Of a DNA stretch of 64,000 nucleotides, positions 53,968-63,295 are shown piece after piece. Both the position numbers and the translations under genes were made by a program. Each line of letters starts with the position of its first letter. Within the stretch, counting starts at the first letter, position 1. The notes under the pieces were generated by a model that saw nothing but the letters and a program-made list of their open reading frames with translations, made no database searches and was not told the DNA's origin. This DNA is from Comamonas sp. (GTDB taxonomy: Bacteria > Pseudomonadota > Gammaproteobacteria > Burkholderiales > Burkholderiaceae_C), in assembly GCA_040514115.1 (NCBI GenBank), contig JBEVDH010000044.1, forward strand, positions 285 to 64,284, given 5' to 3'.

Positions 53968-54393
53968 TCACGTGGGCGCATACCACGAGGCCTGCAGGAA
54001 CCCGCCCGGCTGCAAGTCCAGCGGGTACGCGTTCAACACCGGATGGCCTTCGACCTGGTTGTGCACAAACGCGATCAGCGCATCTGCCGCCTCGACACCG
54101 GGCAAGCCGGGTTGATCGAAGTCGGGAGCCGGCGCTGGATCGTGCGCCTGCATCTGCTGCGCGGCAGCTGGTGCCGCGGCCCCCGCTGGCAGCACCAGCG
54201 CCGGTGCCCAGGCTGGCGCCCAGGCATCCGCTTGCGCTTGCGCTTCAAGCAGGACCAGATTCACCCCCTCAGCATCCTCGTCGAAAAAAATTTCGACAAA
54301 TTGCCCGGGCTGGTAGGTCAAGTCAACAGCAAGCTCGGCCTCGCTCAAGACAAACAGAGGAGCGTCGGGCGGGAGATCAATTTGGAAAAGCAT
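53968..54393 (-). CDS. Hypothetical acidic protein, 141 aa, no Lys or Arg
   Basis: Fills an otherwise empty gap; composition unlike the Arg-rich spurious frames here; no clear RBS. Confidence 0.5.
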   Translation of the reverse strand: MLFQIDLPPDAPLFVLSEAELAVDLTYQPGQFVEIFFDEDAEGVNLVLLEAQAQADAWAPAWAPALVLPAGAAAPAAAQQMQAHDPAPAPDFDQPGLPGVEAADALIAFVHNQVEGHPVLNAYPLDLQPGGFLQASWYAPT

Positions 54394-54533
54394 CTTGATG
54401 GGGGGTGTGGTAGTTGGACCAAGCGTCTTCCTCTATCGAATCGGTCGACGCACAACGCGCTGGGGCGGATCCCAGTGGCTCTCCGACAGCGCAGCATCGA
54501 ATTTATCACTATCACTTTTAAATATCAATAGTG

Positions 54534-55439
54534 TTAATCTATTTTGCGTCTAGACGATCCTAGCTGTGCAGCTGCCACGATCTGCCGCACGAGTGGGTGA
54601 TGCTGCCCGCGGCGTGACCACAGTGCATGCACCTCCTCATGCAGCCCGGGGCATTCGCCCAGCAGGCGCAAGCCGCGCACCAGCCCCACATCCTCGGCGC
54701 CGAGTTCGCTGACCGGAAACACCCCCAACCCGCGCGCCGCGAAAACCGCCAGCAGCGCGCTGTCCTCGAATTCGCCGACCACGCGCGGGCGCACGCCGAT
54801 ATCGCGGAACCAGGCGTCCAGCGTGGAGCGCAGCGGCGCGTGCGGCGTGGGCAGCAGCACCGGCAGATCCTGCAGCGATTGCGGAAACCGGTCGCGCTGC
54901 GACTTTCTCACCAGGGACGCCGGCCCGTACCAATGCAGCGCCGAGCGCGCGATGCGTTCACTGAACAGGCGCTGGGCCGGCAGATGCGGCGCGGCCTGCC
55001 CGGCCAGCACGACATCGAGCTGGTGCAGCGCCAGCTCCGACAGCAACTCGTCGAACTCGCCCTCGTGGCACACCAGGCGCAGCCCGGGCGTGGCCAGCAC
55101 CGGCGCCAGCAGCGCATGCGCCGCCAGCTTGGAGATGCCGTCGGACAGGCCCACCGTGAGCCGGGCCCCCTGCGCATTGCCGGCCTCGCGCACCTCGTCG
55201 GCAATGCGTTGCCCGCGCTCGAAGATCTCCTCGGCATGGGCAAACGCCGCCCGCCCGGCCTCGGTCAGCGCCACGCCCCGCCCCGCGGGCTTGAGCAGCT
55301 GGTGGCCCAGCGACTGCTCCAGATCGCGCACCTGCGCGCTGATCGTCTGCACCGCCATCTCCAGGCGCTCGGCGGCGCGCGCGAAGCCGCCTTCCTTGGC
55401 AACCATCCAGAAATAATAGAGATGGCGGAAATTGAGCAT
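54534..55439 (-). CDS. LysR-family regulator (NhaR-like)
   Basis: MLNFRHLYYFWMVAKEG, QTISAQVRDLE, GEFEDSALL. Confidence 0.9.
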   Translation of the reverse strand: MLNFRHLYYFWMVAKEGGFARAAERLEMAVQTISAQVRDLEQSLGHQLLKPAGRGVALTEAGRAAFAHAEEIFERGQRIADEVREAGNAQGARLTVGLSDGISKLAAHALLAPVLATPGLRLVCHEGEFDELLSELALHQLDVVLAGQAAPHLPAQRLFSERIARSALHWYGPASLVRKSQRDRFPQSLQDLPVLLPTPHAPLRSTLDAWFRDIGVRPRVVGEFEDSALLAVFAARGLGVFPVSELGAEDVGLVRGLRLLGECPGLHEEVHALWSRRGQHHPLVRQIVAAAQLGSSRRKID

Positions 55440-55544
55440 GCAAATACCCCAGGAAAAACCGCATCTTAGGTTCGGTTGCAGCTGGTGTTTCCAAAGCGCC
55501 GGGATGTCCATACTCGGCGTTTGTCATTTTCAAGGTCTATACCC

Positions 55545-55964
55545 ATGTTCTACGCACTCAGCTGGTCTCTGTCTTTCGCGCTTCTGGGCCTGTGGTCGCT
55601 GGCCTGCTGGGGCCTGCACGCGGCGGCAGTCTGGGCGGTGGGGAGTGCCGGCGCGCTGGCCGGCAGCACCGCGGCCATGGGCTCGGTGGCGCTGCCGCAG
55701 GGGCTGGGCGTGTGGATCCCTCCGGGGCTGGCCGCCGAGTTCCAGGGCCTGCTGGCGTCGTTCGGACCCTGGGTTCAATGGGCGCTGGAAGCCGTGCCGG
55801 CGCTGGCCGGCGGCGTCACGGTGCTGGCCTGGGCGATCTGGGGGCTGGGCGCGTTGACGCTGCTGGGCTTGGCAATTGGCGCCCATGTGCTGATTGCCCT
55901 GTTCAAGCGCCGCGGCGGGGGCGCGGCCAGGGCGCGCACAGCCAGTGGCGCCCCGGTCCACTGA
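55545..55964 (+). CDS. Hypothetical membrane protein
   Basis: 139 aa, hydrophobic and Trp-rich helices; divergent from the NhaR-like gene; followed by a terminator. Confidence 0.7.
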   Translation: MFYALSWSLSFALLGLWSLACWGLHAAAVWAVGSAGALAGSTAAMGSVALPQGLGVWIPPGLAAEFQGLLASFGPWVQWALEAVPALAGGVTVLAWAIWGLGALTLLGLAIGAHVLIALFKRRGGGAARARTASGAPVH

Positions 55965-55977
55965 GGACCACAGGCAC

Positions 55978-56009
55978 AAAAAAAGCCGCTGTCACCAGCG
56001 GCTTTTTTT
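55978..56009. terminator. Bidirectional terminator
   Basis: A7-GCCGCTG-TCAC-CAGCGGC-T7 between convergent genes. Confidence 0.9.
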
Positions 56010-56028
56010 CAGCCTTGAAATGCCGCCT

Positions 56029-56466
56029 TCAGGTACGCACGACCATCACCGGGATATGCACCGAGCGCAGCACGCGCTGCGTGACGCTGCCCAGCATCAG
56101 CTTCTCGAGGCCGCGGCGGCCTTGCGAGCCCATGACGATCAGGTCGGCGCCGGTGTTTTCCACCACGCGCACGATGCCTTCATGCACCGCATGGCCTTCG
56201 CCCACGACGGTGGTGACGGGGTGGCCGGCCTCCTGCATGATCTTGCGCACGGCTTCGAGCGCCGTGTTGGCCTCGGCCGTGGCGGCGCTCAGGTACTGGG
56301 CCTGGCCATAGGCGAAATCGGCGCCGACGCCGGTGAAGGGATAGGGATCGACCACATAGACCGCGGTCACGCTGCTGCCGAAGATCTTGGCCATTTCAGC
56401 GGCCTTGGAAACCGCCATCAAGGACGTGGACGAACCATCGACCGGAACCAGGATGTGCTTGAACAT
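56029..56466 (-). CDS. Universal stress protein
   Basis: MFKHILVPVDGS...DLIVMGSQGRRG...LGSVT. Confidence 0.93.
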   Translation of the reverse strand: MFKHILVPVDGSSTSLMAVSKAAEMAKIFGSSVTAVYVVDPYPFTGVGADFAYGQAQYLSAATAEANTALEAVRKIMQEAGHPVTTVVGEGHAVHEGIVRVVENTGADLIVMGSQGRRGLEKLMLGSVTQRVLRSVHIPVMVVRT

Positions 56467-56537
56467 GATGTCTCTCCTCTAGTTGATACCTGTGCCTGCA
56501 GTGTGGCATGGCGCCCGGCCAAAGGCCATGACGCAAG

Positions 56538-57305
56538 TCATGCCGGCGTGTCGAATTCGGCGCCCTGAAAGCCCTGACGCCGGCAGGTGACCACCAGCGT
56601 ATCACGGTAGCCGCCCTCGGCCACGGGCTGGATCGGCGTGGTTTCGTGGATCATGCGCGCGTCGTCCAGCAGCATCACCGACCAGGGCTCGGTCAGCGTG
56701 AAGCGCTGGCCCTGCGGGCCCGTGGCTTCGAATACGCGCGTCTCGCCGCCCTTCACATTCTCGCGGCCGACGAGGAACACCGCCACCAGGTCCACGCCAT
56801 CGCGGTGCGCACCCTCGGGGGTCGGGCGGCCGATGCCCTGCGTGGTGTCGATGCGAAACTGGTGCGACTCGATGAACCACGGCGCGGCGGGAGCGCCCGC
56901 GCCAAACACCTGGTCGCACAGATGTCCCATGTGCACCAGCAGCTGGCGCCACGCGGGCTGGGCCACGATCTGCGCATGCATGGGCGCGAACATGCGCAGC
57001 ATGCCGCCATGCAGCGCGTTGTACTCGACGGGTTGCCAGTGCGCGCGGTGCGCGACCTGCTGGAGCCGACCGTCCTCGGCGATGAAGCAGGAGTGGCGCC
57101 GGCGCCGATAGCGTCCACCGTCCTTGAGGTGCTCGTCGGGCGGCAGATCGGCCCAGTCGCTGGACAGCGCCTGCAACTGCTGCGGGGCCACGCCGATCCA
57201 GGCCGCCACGGCGGCGGGGGACAAAACGGCATACCCCTGGCTGCGCAGCTGCTGCGCCATCTGGTCGGGGTGGATATAGGGGGGTGAAAAAGTGACGTGC
57301 GTCAT
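56538..57305 (-). CDS. 2OG-Fe(II) dioxygenase-family protein
   Basis: PTPEGAHRDG (HxD), HETTPI, RDTLVVT. Confidence 0.85.
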   Translation of the reverse strand: MTHVTFSPPYIHPDQMAQQLRSQGYAVLSPAAVAAWIGVAPQQLQALSSDWADLPPDEHLKDGGRYRRRRHSCFIAEDGRLQQVAHRAHWQPVEYNALHGGMLRMFAPMHAQIVAQPAWRQLLVHMGHLCDQVFGAGAPAAPWFIESHQFRIDTTQGIGRPTPEGAHRDGVDLVAVFLVGRENVKGGETRVFEATGPQGQRFTLTEPWSVMLLDDARMIHETTPIQPVAEGGYRDTLVVTCRRQGFQGAEFDTPA

Positions 57306-57383
57306 AGATCCCCGAGCTTAACGCCGCCACCTCGCAGCGCCCGCGCGCCTGGCGCACTTTTTTGCGTGCACCAGGCGCCGGCG

Positions 57384-58658
57384 TCAGAAACGCGGCGTTT
57401 TTCCGGTGAAGCCCGGGTCGTAGCGGCGCATCTGCTGCAGGTCGTCGCGATTGCGCACGCCGCATTCGAGGTACTGCGCATGCAGCGTGGCCAGGGCCGC
57501 GCGGTCAAGCTCCACCCCCAGGCCCGGCGTGGTGGGCACCACGACCGAGCCCTGCTCGAAGCGCACGCGCCCGCCCTTGATGACTTCCTCCTCCTGCCAC
57601 GGATAGTGGGTATCGCAGGCATAGGTCAGGTTGGGAACGCTGGCCGCCACATGGGTCATGGCCATCAGGCTGATGCCCAGATGCGAATTGGAATGCATCG
57701 ACATGCCCAGGCCCCAGAGGCGGCACATGCGCGCCAGCGTCTGCGTGGCGCGCAGGCCGCCCCAGTAGTGGTGGTCCGACAGCAGCACTTTCACGGAGCC
57801 CATCTCGCAGCCCTTGCGGAAGTCGTCCATGGTGGTGATGACCATGTTGGTGGCCAGTGGCAAGCGCGTGTGCTTGGCCAGCTCGGCCATGCCTTCGAGA
57901 CCGGGAGTGGGGTCTTCGTAGTACTCGAGGATTTCATCGAGCGCGGGCGCGGCGGCAATGCTCGCGGCCAGCGACCAGTTGGCGTTCGGGTCCAGGCGCA
58001 GCGGCAGGCCGGGGAAGGCCTTGGCCAGCGCCTGCATGCAGGCCACCTCGTGCGCGGGCTCGAACACACCGCCCTTGAGCTTGATGCTCTGGAAGCCGTA
58101 GAGCGCGATCATGCGCCGCGCCTGCGCGACGATCTGCTCCGGGCTGATGCCCTCGCCCCAGGCGTCGGGCGCATAGGGCTGGCCGATGTGCTCCGCATAT
58201 TTGAAGAACAGATAGGCGCTGTACGGCACCGAGGGGCGCACCGCCCCGCCGAGCAGATCGACCACCGGCGCGCCGACGATCTGGCCCTGCAGGTCGAGCA
58301 TGCCGACCTCGAAGGTGCTGATCACCTTGGGCGCGTTCTTGGCCGCATGCGAGCCGGGCGCCAGCTCGAACTCCACCGCGCCGGGCACGGCCTTGATGGT
58401 GGCGCGCACGCGCTCTTCCATGGTGTTGAGCGCAAACGGCGACAGGCCGATCAGCAGCGGGCGCGCCTGCTCGAGCACGCGCAGCATGGGCTCGTCGCCA
58501 TAGGTTTCGGAGATGCCGACGCGGCCGTCGCTGGTCTCGAGCTCGACGATGGCACGCAGTGCCCAGGGTTCGTGGATGCCGGCCGCGTTGAGCAGCGGGC
58601 CGTCGCGAAAGGCGATCGGCGTGATCCGGACGTGGGTGATGGTGATGTCGCGTGCCAT
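57384..58658 (-). CDS. Enolase-superfamily glucarate dehydratase-related protein
   Basis: KLKGG, LRLDPN, YYEDP, LATNM, MHSNSH, CDTHYPW. Confidence 0.88.
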   Translation of the reverse strand: MARDITITHVRITPIAFRDGPLLNAAGIHEPWALRAIVELETSDGRVGISETYGDEPMLRVLEQARPLLIGLSPFALNTMEERVRATIKAVPGAVEFELAPGSHAAKNAPKVISTFEVGMLDLQGQIVGAPVVDLLGGAVRPSVPYSAYLFFKYAEHIGQPYAPDAWGEGISPEQIVAQARRMIALYGFQSIKLKGGVFEPAHEVACMQALAKAFPGLPLRLDPNANWSLAASIAAAPALDEILEYYEDPTPGLEGMAELAKHTRLPLATNMVITTMDDFRKGCEMGSVKVLLSDHHYWGGLRATQTLARMCRLWGLGMSMHSNSHLGISLMAMTHVAASVPNLTYACDTHYPWQEEEVIKGGRVRFEQGSVVVPTTPGLGVELDRAALATLHAQYLECGVRNRDDLQQMRRYDPGFTGKTPRF

Positions 58659-58705
58659 GGTTCTCTTCGGTTTCTCGGTGCGGGTGCTCGTGCTGTGTGC
58701 GTTGA

Positions 58706-59686
58706 TTACTCGGTGCTGGCGCCGGTGCGGCGCACCAGCTCGCCCAGGCGGGTGATGTCCGCGGCGGTGACGCTGGCGAGCTCGGCCGGGGTGCTGCCCA
58801 CCACCTGCATGCCGAACTGGGTTTCCAGCTTGGACTTGAGTTCGGGGGTCTTGAGCGCCTTGACGATTTCGGTGTTGAGCCGGGTCACGACTTGCTTGGG
58901 CGTGCCCTTGGGCGCATAAACCGCTTGCCAAGACACCAGGTCCAGGCCCGGGAAACCGGCCTCGGCGGTGGTTGGCACATCGGGCGCGAGCGGCGAGCGT
59001 GTCTTCGTCGTCACGGCCAGGAATTTGAGCTTGCCGGCTTTCACCAGCGGCAAACCGGCGGTGAGCTGGTCGAACAGGAAAGGCACATTGCCCGCCGCCA
59101 CGTCCTGCAGCGCCTGCGGGCTGCCCTTGTAGGCCACATGCTGCATCGGCACCTTGATCAGCTCGGCCATCTGCGCGCCCGTCAGGTGCGTCGAGGTGCC
59201 CGCGCCGGACGAGGCATAGGAGGCTTTTTCCGGGTTCTTGCGGATCCAGGCCACCAGCTCCTGCACCGTGTTCACGCCCAGCGCGCTGTTGACCATCAGC
59301 ACATTGGGCACGTAGGCAATCAGCGTGACCGGCTCGAAATCCTTGACCGGGTCATAGGGCAGCTTCTTGTACAGCGCGCTGTTGATCGCATGGGTGCTGA
59401 TGGTGCCGCCAATGAGCGTATAGCCGTCGGCCGGCGCGCGCGCCACGGCCTGCACGCCGATGCCGCCGCCCGCGCCGGGACGGTTGTCGATCACCACCGA
59501 CTGCTTGAGCGCCGCGGACAGCTCGTGGCCGACCATGCGGGCCACCACATCGGTGGAGCCGCCGGCCGCAAAAGGCACGACCCAGGTGATTGGTTTGGCG
59601 GCGGGCCAATCATTGGCATGGGCAGTGGTGGCGAAAAGGCAGGCGGCGCTGCAGGCGGCAGCAACCAGGGCAAGGCGTCGATGCAT
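58706..59686 (-). CDS. Bug/TctC binding protein
   Basis: KPITWVVPFAAGGSTD, DNRPGAGG, HVAYKG. Confidence 0.93.
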   Translation of the reverse strand: MHRRLALVAAACSAACLFATTAHANDWPAAKPITWVVPFAAGGSTDVVARMVGHELSAALKQSVVIDNRPGAGGGIGVQAVARAPADGYTLIGGTISTHAINSALYKKLPYDPVKDFEPVTLIAYVPNVLMVNSALGVNTVQELVAWIRKNPEKASYASSGAGTSTHLTGAQMAELIKVPMQHVAYKGSPQALQDVAAGNVPFLFDQLTAGLPLVKAGKLKFLAVTTKTRSPLAPDVPTTAEAGFPGLDLVSWQAVYAPKGTPKQVVTRLNTEIVKALKTPELKSKLETQFGMQVVGSTPAELASVTAADITRLGELVRRTGASTE

Positions 59687-59726
59687 GAAATTGTCTCCGT
59701 AATTATTGAAATGCGAAGCCATTGAA

Positions 59727-59744
59727 GCACTAATGTATTAGTGC
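59727..59744. promoter_or_regulatory. Candidate GntR operator GCACTAAT-GT-ATTAGTGC
   Basis: Perfect 8-bp inverted repeat in the divergent gap. Confidence 0.6.
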
Positions 59745-59779
59745 GTCAATGCGGTAACACCTAGAATTCCAACATTCCT

Positions 59780-60460
59780 ATGAACACCATTCCCAAGCTC
59801 GATCGCACCCGGCAGGCCGCCCCCCAGGTTCTTGGCTGGCTGCGTGAAGCCATCATCTCCCTGGAACTGGCTCCGGGCACGCCGCTGTCGCGCGTCGAAC
59901 TTGCCGATCGCTTCCAGTTGAGCCAGACCCCGGTGCGCGACGCGCTGATGCAACTGCGCCAGGAAGGGCTGGTCGACATCTTCGCGCAGCACGCCACCCG
60001 GGTCAGCCGCATCGACCTGCCTTCGGCCGAGCAGGCGCAGTTCCTGCGCTGCGCCATCGAGCTCGAGGTGTTGCGCACGCTGGCGCTGGCCGGCGACGAA
60101 GCACTGCATGCGCGCCTGGCGGCGATGGTCGATCTGCAGGCGGCATTGGCCAGCCACAGCGCCGAGGAGTTCATTGCGGCCGACCAGGCCTTCCACCGCG
60201 CGATGTACGACGCCGCCGGGGTGCCCGACCTCTACGAGCTGGTGCGCCGGCGCAGCGGCCATCTGGACCGGCTGCGCCGGCTGGACCTGCCCTCGCCCGG
60301 CAACCCCGAGCGCGTGGTGCGCGACCACCGCCGCATTGTCGAGGCGCTCGCCAGGCGCGACCCCGAGGCGGCGCAGGCGGCGCTGCGCGCGCATCTGTCG
60401 GGCACCCTGAGCCGCGTGGCCGATATCCGTCAGCGGCACCCGGAATACATCGCGCTGTAA
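59780..60460 (+). CDS. GntR/FadR-family regulator
   Basis: LADRFQLSQTPVRDAL HTH; DQAFH FCD motif. Confidence 0.92.
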   Translation: MNTIPKLDRTRQAAPQVLGWLREAIISLELAPGTPLSRVELADRFQLSQTPVRDALMQLRQEGLVDIFAQHATRVSRIDLPSAEQAQFLRCAIELEVLRTLALAGDEALHARLAAMVDLQAALASHSAEEFIAADQAFHRAMYDAAGVPDLYELVRRRSGHLDRLRRLDLPSPGNPERVVRDHRRIVEALARRDPEAAQAALRAHLSGTLSRVADIRQRHPEYIAL

Positions 60461-60581
60461 GGGCCCTCGCGCCCCTTGCTCGTTTTTCGAACAAGCTCAT
60501 GCGAAAACTTTCGTTTCCAGCATCAGCGGCTCTTCCTAAAGTGCAGGTTCACGCAGCACCCGTCTGCGAAGGAACCGCGCG

Positions 60582-61658
60582 ATGCCCACCACCCACCCTT
60601 CCCTGTCCCTGCGCCTGGCCCTCTCCCGGCGCGCCACGCTCGCTGGCGGCCTGGCCCTGGCCTGCAGCGCCTGGCTGCCGGCACAGGCGCAGACCGCGGC
60701 CGAGGGCGACTGGAAGCCGCGCAAGTCCACCGAATTTCTCGTACCCAGTGGCGCGGGCGCGGCGCTCGATGTCGCCGCGCGCAAGCTCACCGAGCTGATG
60801 GCGCGCGAAAAGCTCGCGCCGGGCTTTGTCGTCAGCAACAAGTCGAGCGCCCACGGCATCATCGCGCTCGAAGGCCTGCATCGCCACCCGGGCGACGCCC
60901 ATACGCTGATGACGCTCAGCACCAGCTACGGCAACAGCCAGGCGCAGAACGCGCTGCCCGAGCACCTGCAAAAGGGCACGCCCCTGGTCACGCTGTTTCG
61001 CGAGTTCGTGACGGTGGTGGTGCGCGCGGACTCGCCGCTGCGCACCACGCAGGACCTGATCGCGCAGCTCAAGCAGGACCCGGGCAAGTACGCGATAGGC
61101 ATTGCCACGACGCTGGGCAACCACATCCATCTGGGGGTCGCGCAGCCGCTCAGGCAGGCCGGCGTCGACATCAAGGGCCTGCGCATCGTGCCCTACAAGT
61201 CCTCGGTCGAGTCCATGACGGCGTTGGTCGGCGGCCACCTCGATGTGGTTTCGGCGACCACGCCCAACCTGCTGCCCTATCTGCAAAGCGGCCGCGTGCG
61301 CGTGCTGGCGATTGCTTCGGAACAGCGCCTGGGCGGCGCGTTCGCGCAGGCGCCGACCTGGAAGGAGCAAGGCATCGACTATGTCAGCGACTCGTTCCAG
61401 GGCGTGATGACCGTGCCCGGCGCGAGCGAGGCGCAAAAGGCCTACTGGCTGCATGCGCTGCGCAAGGTGTCCGAGACCAAGGAGTGGAAGGACTTCGTTG
61501 CGCTGAACCAGTGGGAACCCTGGTTCCAGGGCCCACGGGCCACGCAGCAACTGCTCCAGGCCCAGCTCAAGAACAACCAGGCACTGCTCAATGAACTGGG
61601 CCTGCTGCCCGCCGCTGCCCAGTCGGGCGCGGCGCAGAAGATCGCCACGGCCCGCTGA
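60582..61658 (+). CDS. TctC-like binding protein with Tat-like signal
   Basis: SRRATL signal; WKPRKSTEFLVPSGAG, VPYKS, APTWKEQG. Confidence 0.82.
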   Translation: MPTTHPSLSLRLALSRRATLAGGLALACSAWLPAQAQTAAEGDWKPRKSTEFLVPSGAGAALDVAARKLTELMAREKLAPGFVVSNKSSAHGIIALEGLHRHPGDAHTLMTLSTSYGNSQAQNALPEHLQKGTPLVTLFREFVTVVVRADSPLRTTQDLIAQLKQDPGKYAIGIATTLGNHIHLGVAQPLRQAGVDIKGLRIVPYKSSVESMTALVGGHLDVVSATTPNLLPYLQSGRVRVLAIASEQRLGGAFAQAPTWKEQGIDYVSDSFQGVMTVPGASEAQKAYWLHALRKVSETKEWKDFVALNQWEPWFQGPRATQQLLQAQLKNNQALLNELGLLPAAAQSGAAQKIATAR

Positions 61659-61684
61659 AAGCCCCTTACCGCAGGAGACCAAAA

Positions 61685-62674
61685 ATGAATATGCGCCTCG
61701 ATGCCAGACCCCAGGACCTGTTGACCGAGCGCCTGAACACCGCGCTGCAGGCCACGCCCCACATCAGCGCCGTGCCGCAGTCGGCCCACATCGGCGCGCT
61801 GATTGGCGGGGTGGACCTGAGCCAACCGCTGGCGCCCGCTGAAGTGCACAGCATCCGTTCGGCGCTGCTGCGCTGGAAGGTGGTGTTCTTTCGCGACCAG
61901 CACCTGAGCCACGCGCAGCATGTGGCCTTTGCGCGCCAGTTTGGCGAGCTGACCATCGGCCACCCGGTTTTCGGCCATGTCGAGGGCCACCCCGAGCTGT
62001 ATTCGATTGCCAAGCACCGCCGCGCCAACAGCCACGGCAGCGAACCCGAGCGCCGGCCGTGGACCGGCTGGCATGCGGATGTCACGGCGGCGCACAACCC
62101 GCCCGCAGCCTCGATCCTGCGCGGCGTGACGATTCCGCCCTACGGCGGCGACACCCAGTGGACCAATCTGGCCGCCGCCTATGACGCGCTGTCCGCGCCG
62201 CTCAAGGCCTTCGTGCAGACCCTGCGCGGCGAGCACCGCTTCAGCCCGCCCGCGGGCGCCAATGCCACGCCCGAATACCTCGAACTGATCAAGAACAACA
62301 CGCTGGTCAGCGAGCATCCGCTGGTGACTGTGCACCCCGAAACCGGCGAGCAGGTGCTCTACATCAGCCCGGGGTTCCTGAAGACCATCAGCGGCCTGCG
62401 CACACGCGAGTCGCGCGTGCTGCTCGAACTGCTTTGGGAGCACGCGGTCTCCAGCGAATTCACCGTGCGCTTCAAATGGGAAGCGGGCTCGATCGCGTTC
62501 TGGGACAACCGCTCCACCGCCCATGTCGCGCCGCAGGATATCTTCGCGCTCGAATACGACCGCCAGCTGTACCGCAGCACGCTGGTCGGCGAGGTGCCGG
62601 TGGGCGCCGATGGGCAGCCCTCCACGGCCATTCAGGGCGACCCGGTGCTGGCAGCGCATGGAGCTGCGTACTGA
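61685..62674 (+). CDS. TauD/TfdA-family 2OG dioxygenase (alkylsulfatase-like)
   Basis: VVFFRDQ, WHADVT, GGDTQW, HPETG, WDNRSTAH. Confidence 0.92.
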   Translation: MNMRLDARPQDLLTERLNTALQATPHISAVPQSAHIGALIGGVDLSQPLAPAEVHSIRSALLRWKVVFFRDQHLSHAQHVAFARQFGELTIGHPVFGHVEGHPELYSIAKHRRANSHGSEPERRPWTGWHADVTAAHNPPAASILRGVTIPPYGGDTQWTNLAAAYDALSAPLKAFVQTLRGEHRFSPPAGANATPEYLELIKNNTLVSEHPLVTVHPETGEQVLYISPGFLKTISGLRTRESRVLLELLWEHAVSSEFTVRFKWEAGSIAFWDNRSTAHVAPQDIFALEYDRQLYRSTLVGEVPVGADGQPSTAIQGDPVLAAHGAAY

Positions 62675-62710
62675 ACGGCTGAAAGAATGTCTCTTCCCTC
62701 TGGGGAATTC

Positions 62711-62739
62711 AGGCGCTGCGCAGGCAGCGCCTTTTTTTT
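62711..62739 (+). terminator. Rho-independent terminator
   Basis: AGGCGCTGC-GCAG-GCAGCGCCT followed by a T-run. Confidence 0.85.
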
Positions 62740-62751
62740 GCCCGGGACGTG

Positions 62752-63228
62752 TCAGGGGATCTTCAGCACCTCGGTCGCGCCCGGCGCCAGCACGCAGCCA
62801 TCTTGCGCGATCGGCGCCATCAAGGGCAACGGCCTATGCGTGCGCCGATCCACCAGCACCGAGTGGCGCTCACCGGCCTCGAACAGGTGCTGCTCGCCCC
62901 ACTGCCGCAGCGCCACGAGCACGGGAAACAGGCTTTCGCCCTGCGGCGTCAGCACATATTCCTGATACGCAGTGCCGTCGGAGGCATCCTGCGTGGCCAG
63001 CACGCCGGCATCGACCAGCTTGCGCAGCCGGTCCGAGAGGATGTTGCGCGCCATGCCGAGGCTGCGCTGGAAATCGCCAAAGCGGCGCACGCCATCGAAG
63101 GCATCGCGCACGATCAGCAGCGACCAGCGGTCGCCCACGACGGCGACGCAGCGCGCGACGGGACAGGGTTCGGAGTCGAAGGCAGGAGAACGTGACACGG
63201 TTTTCTCCGAAGAGGACAGTGGTTGCAT
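62752..63228 (-). CDS. HxlR-family winged-helix regulator
   Basis: CPVAR...GDRWSLLIVRD...RRFGDFQ...YVLTPQG. Confidence 0.9.
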   Translation of the reverse strand: MQPLSSSEKTVSRSPAFDSEPCPVARCVAVVGDRWSLLIVRDAFDGVRRFGDFQRSLGMARNILSDRLRKLVDAGVLATQDASDGTAYQEYVLTPQGESLFPVLVALRQWGEQHLFEAGERHSVLVDRRTHRPLPLMAPIAQDGCVLAPGATEVLKIP

Positions 63229-63252
63229 TTTAAGACTGCTTCGCCTAGCATC

Positions 63253-63279
63253 AATCTAGTTTTGTTTTGAAACCAGATT
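63253..63279. promoter_or_regulatory. Candidate HxlR operator
   Basis: Imperfect inverted repeat AATCTAGTTT-N7-AAACCAGATT in the divergent gap. Confidence 0.5.
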
Positions 63280-63295
63280 GTGCGAGGCCTGCCTG

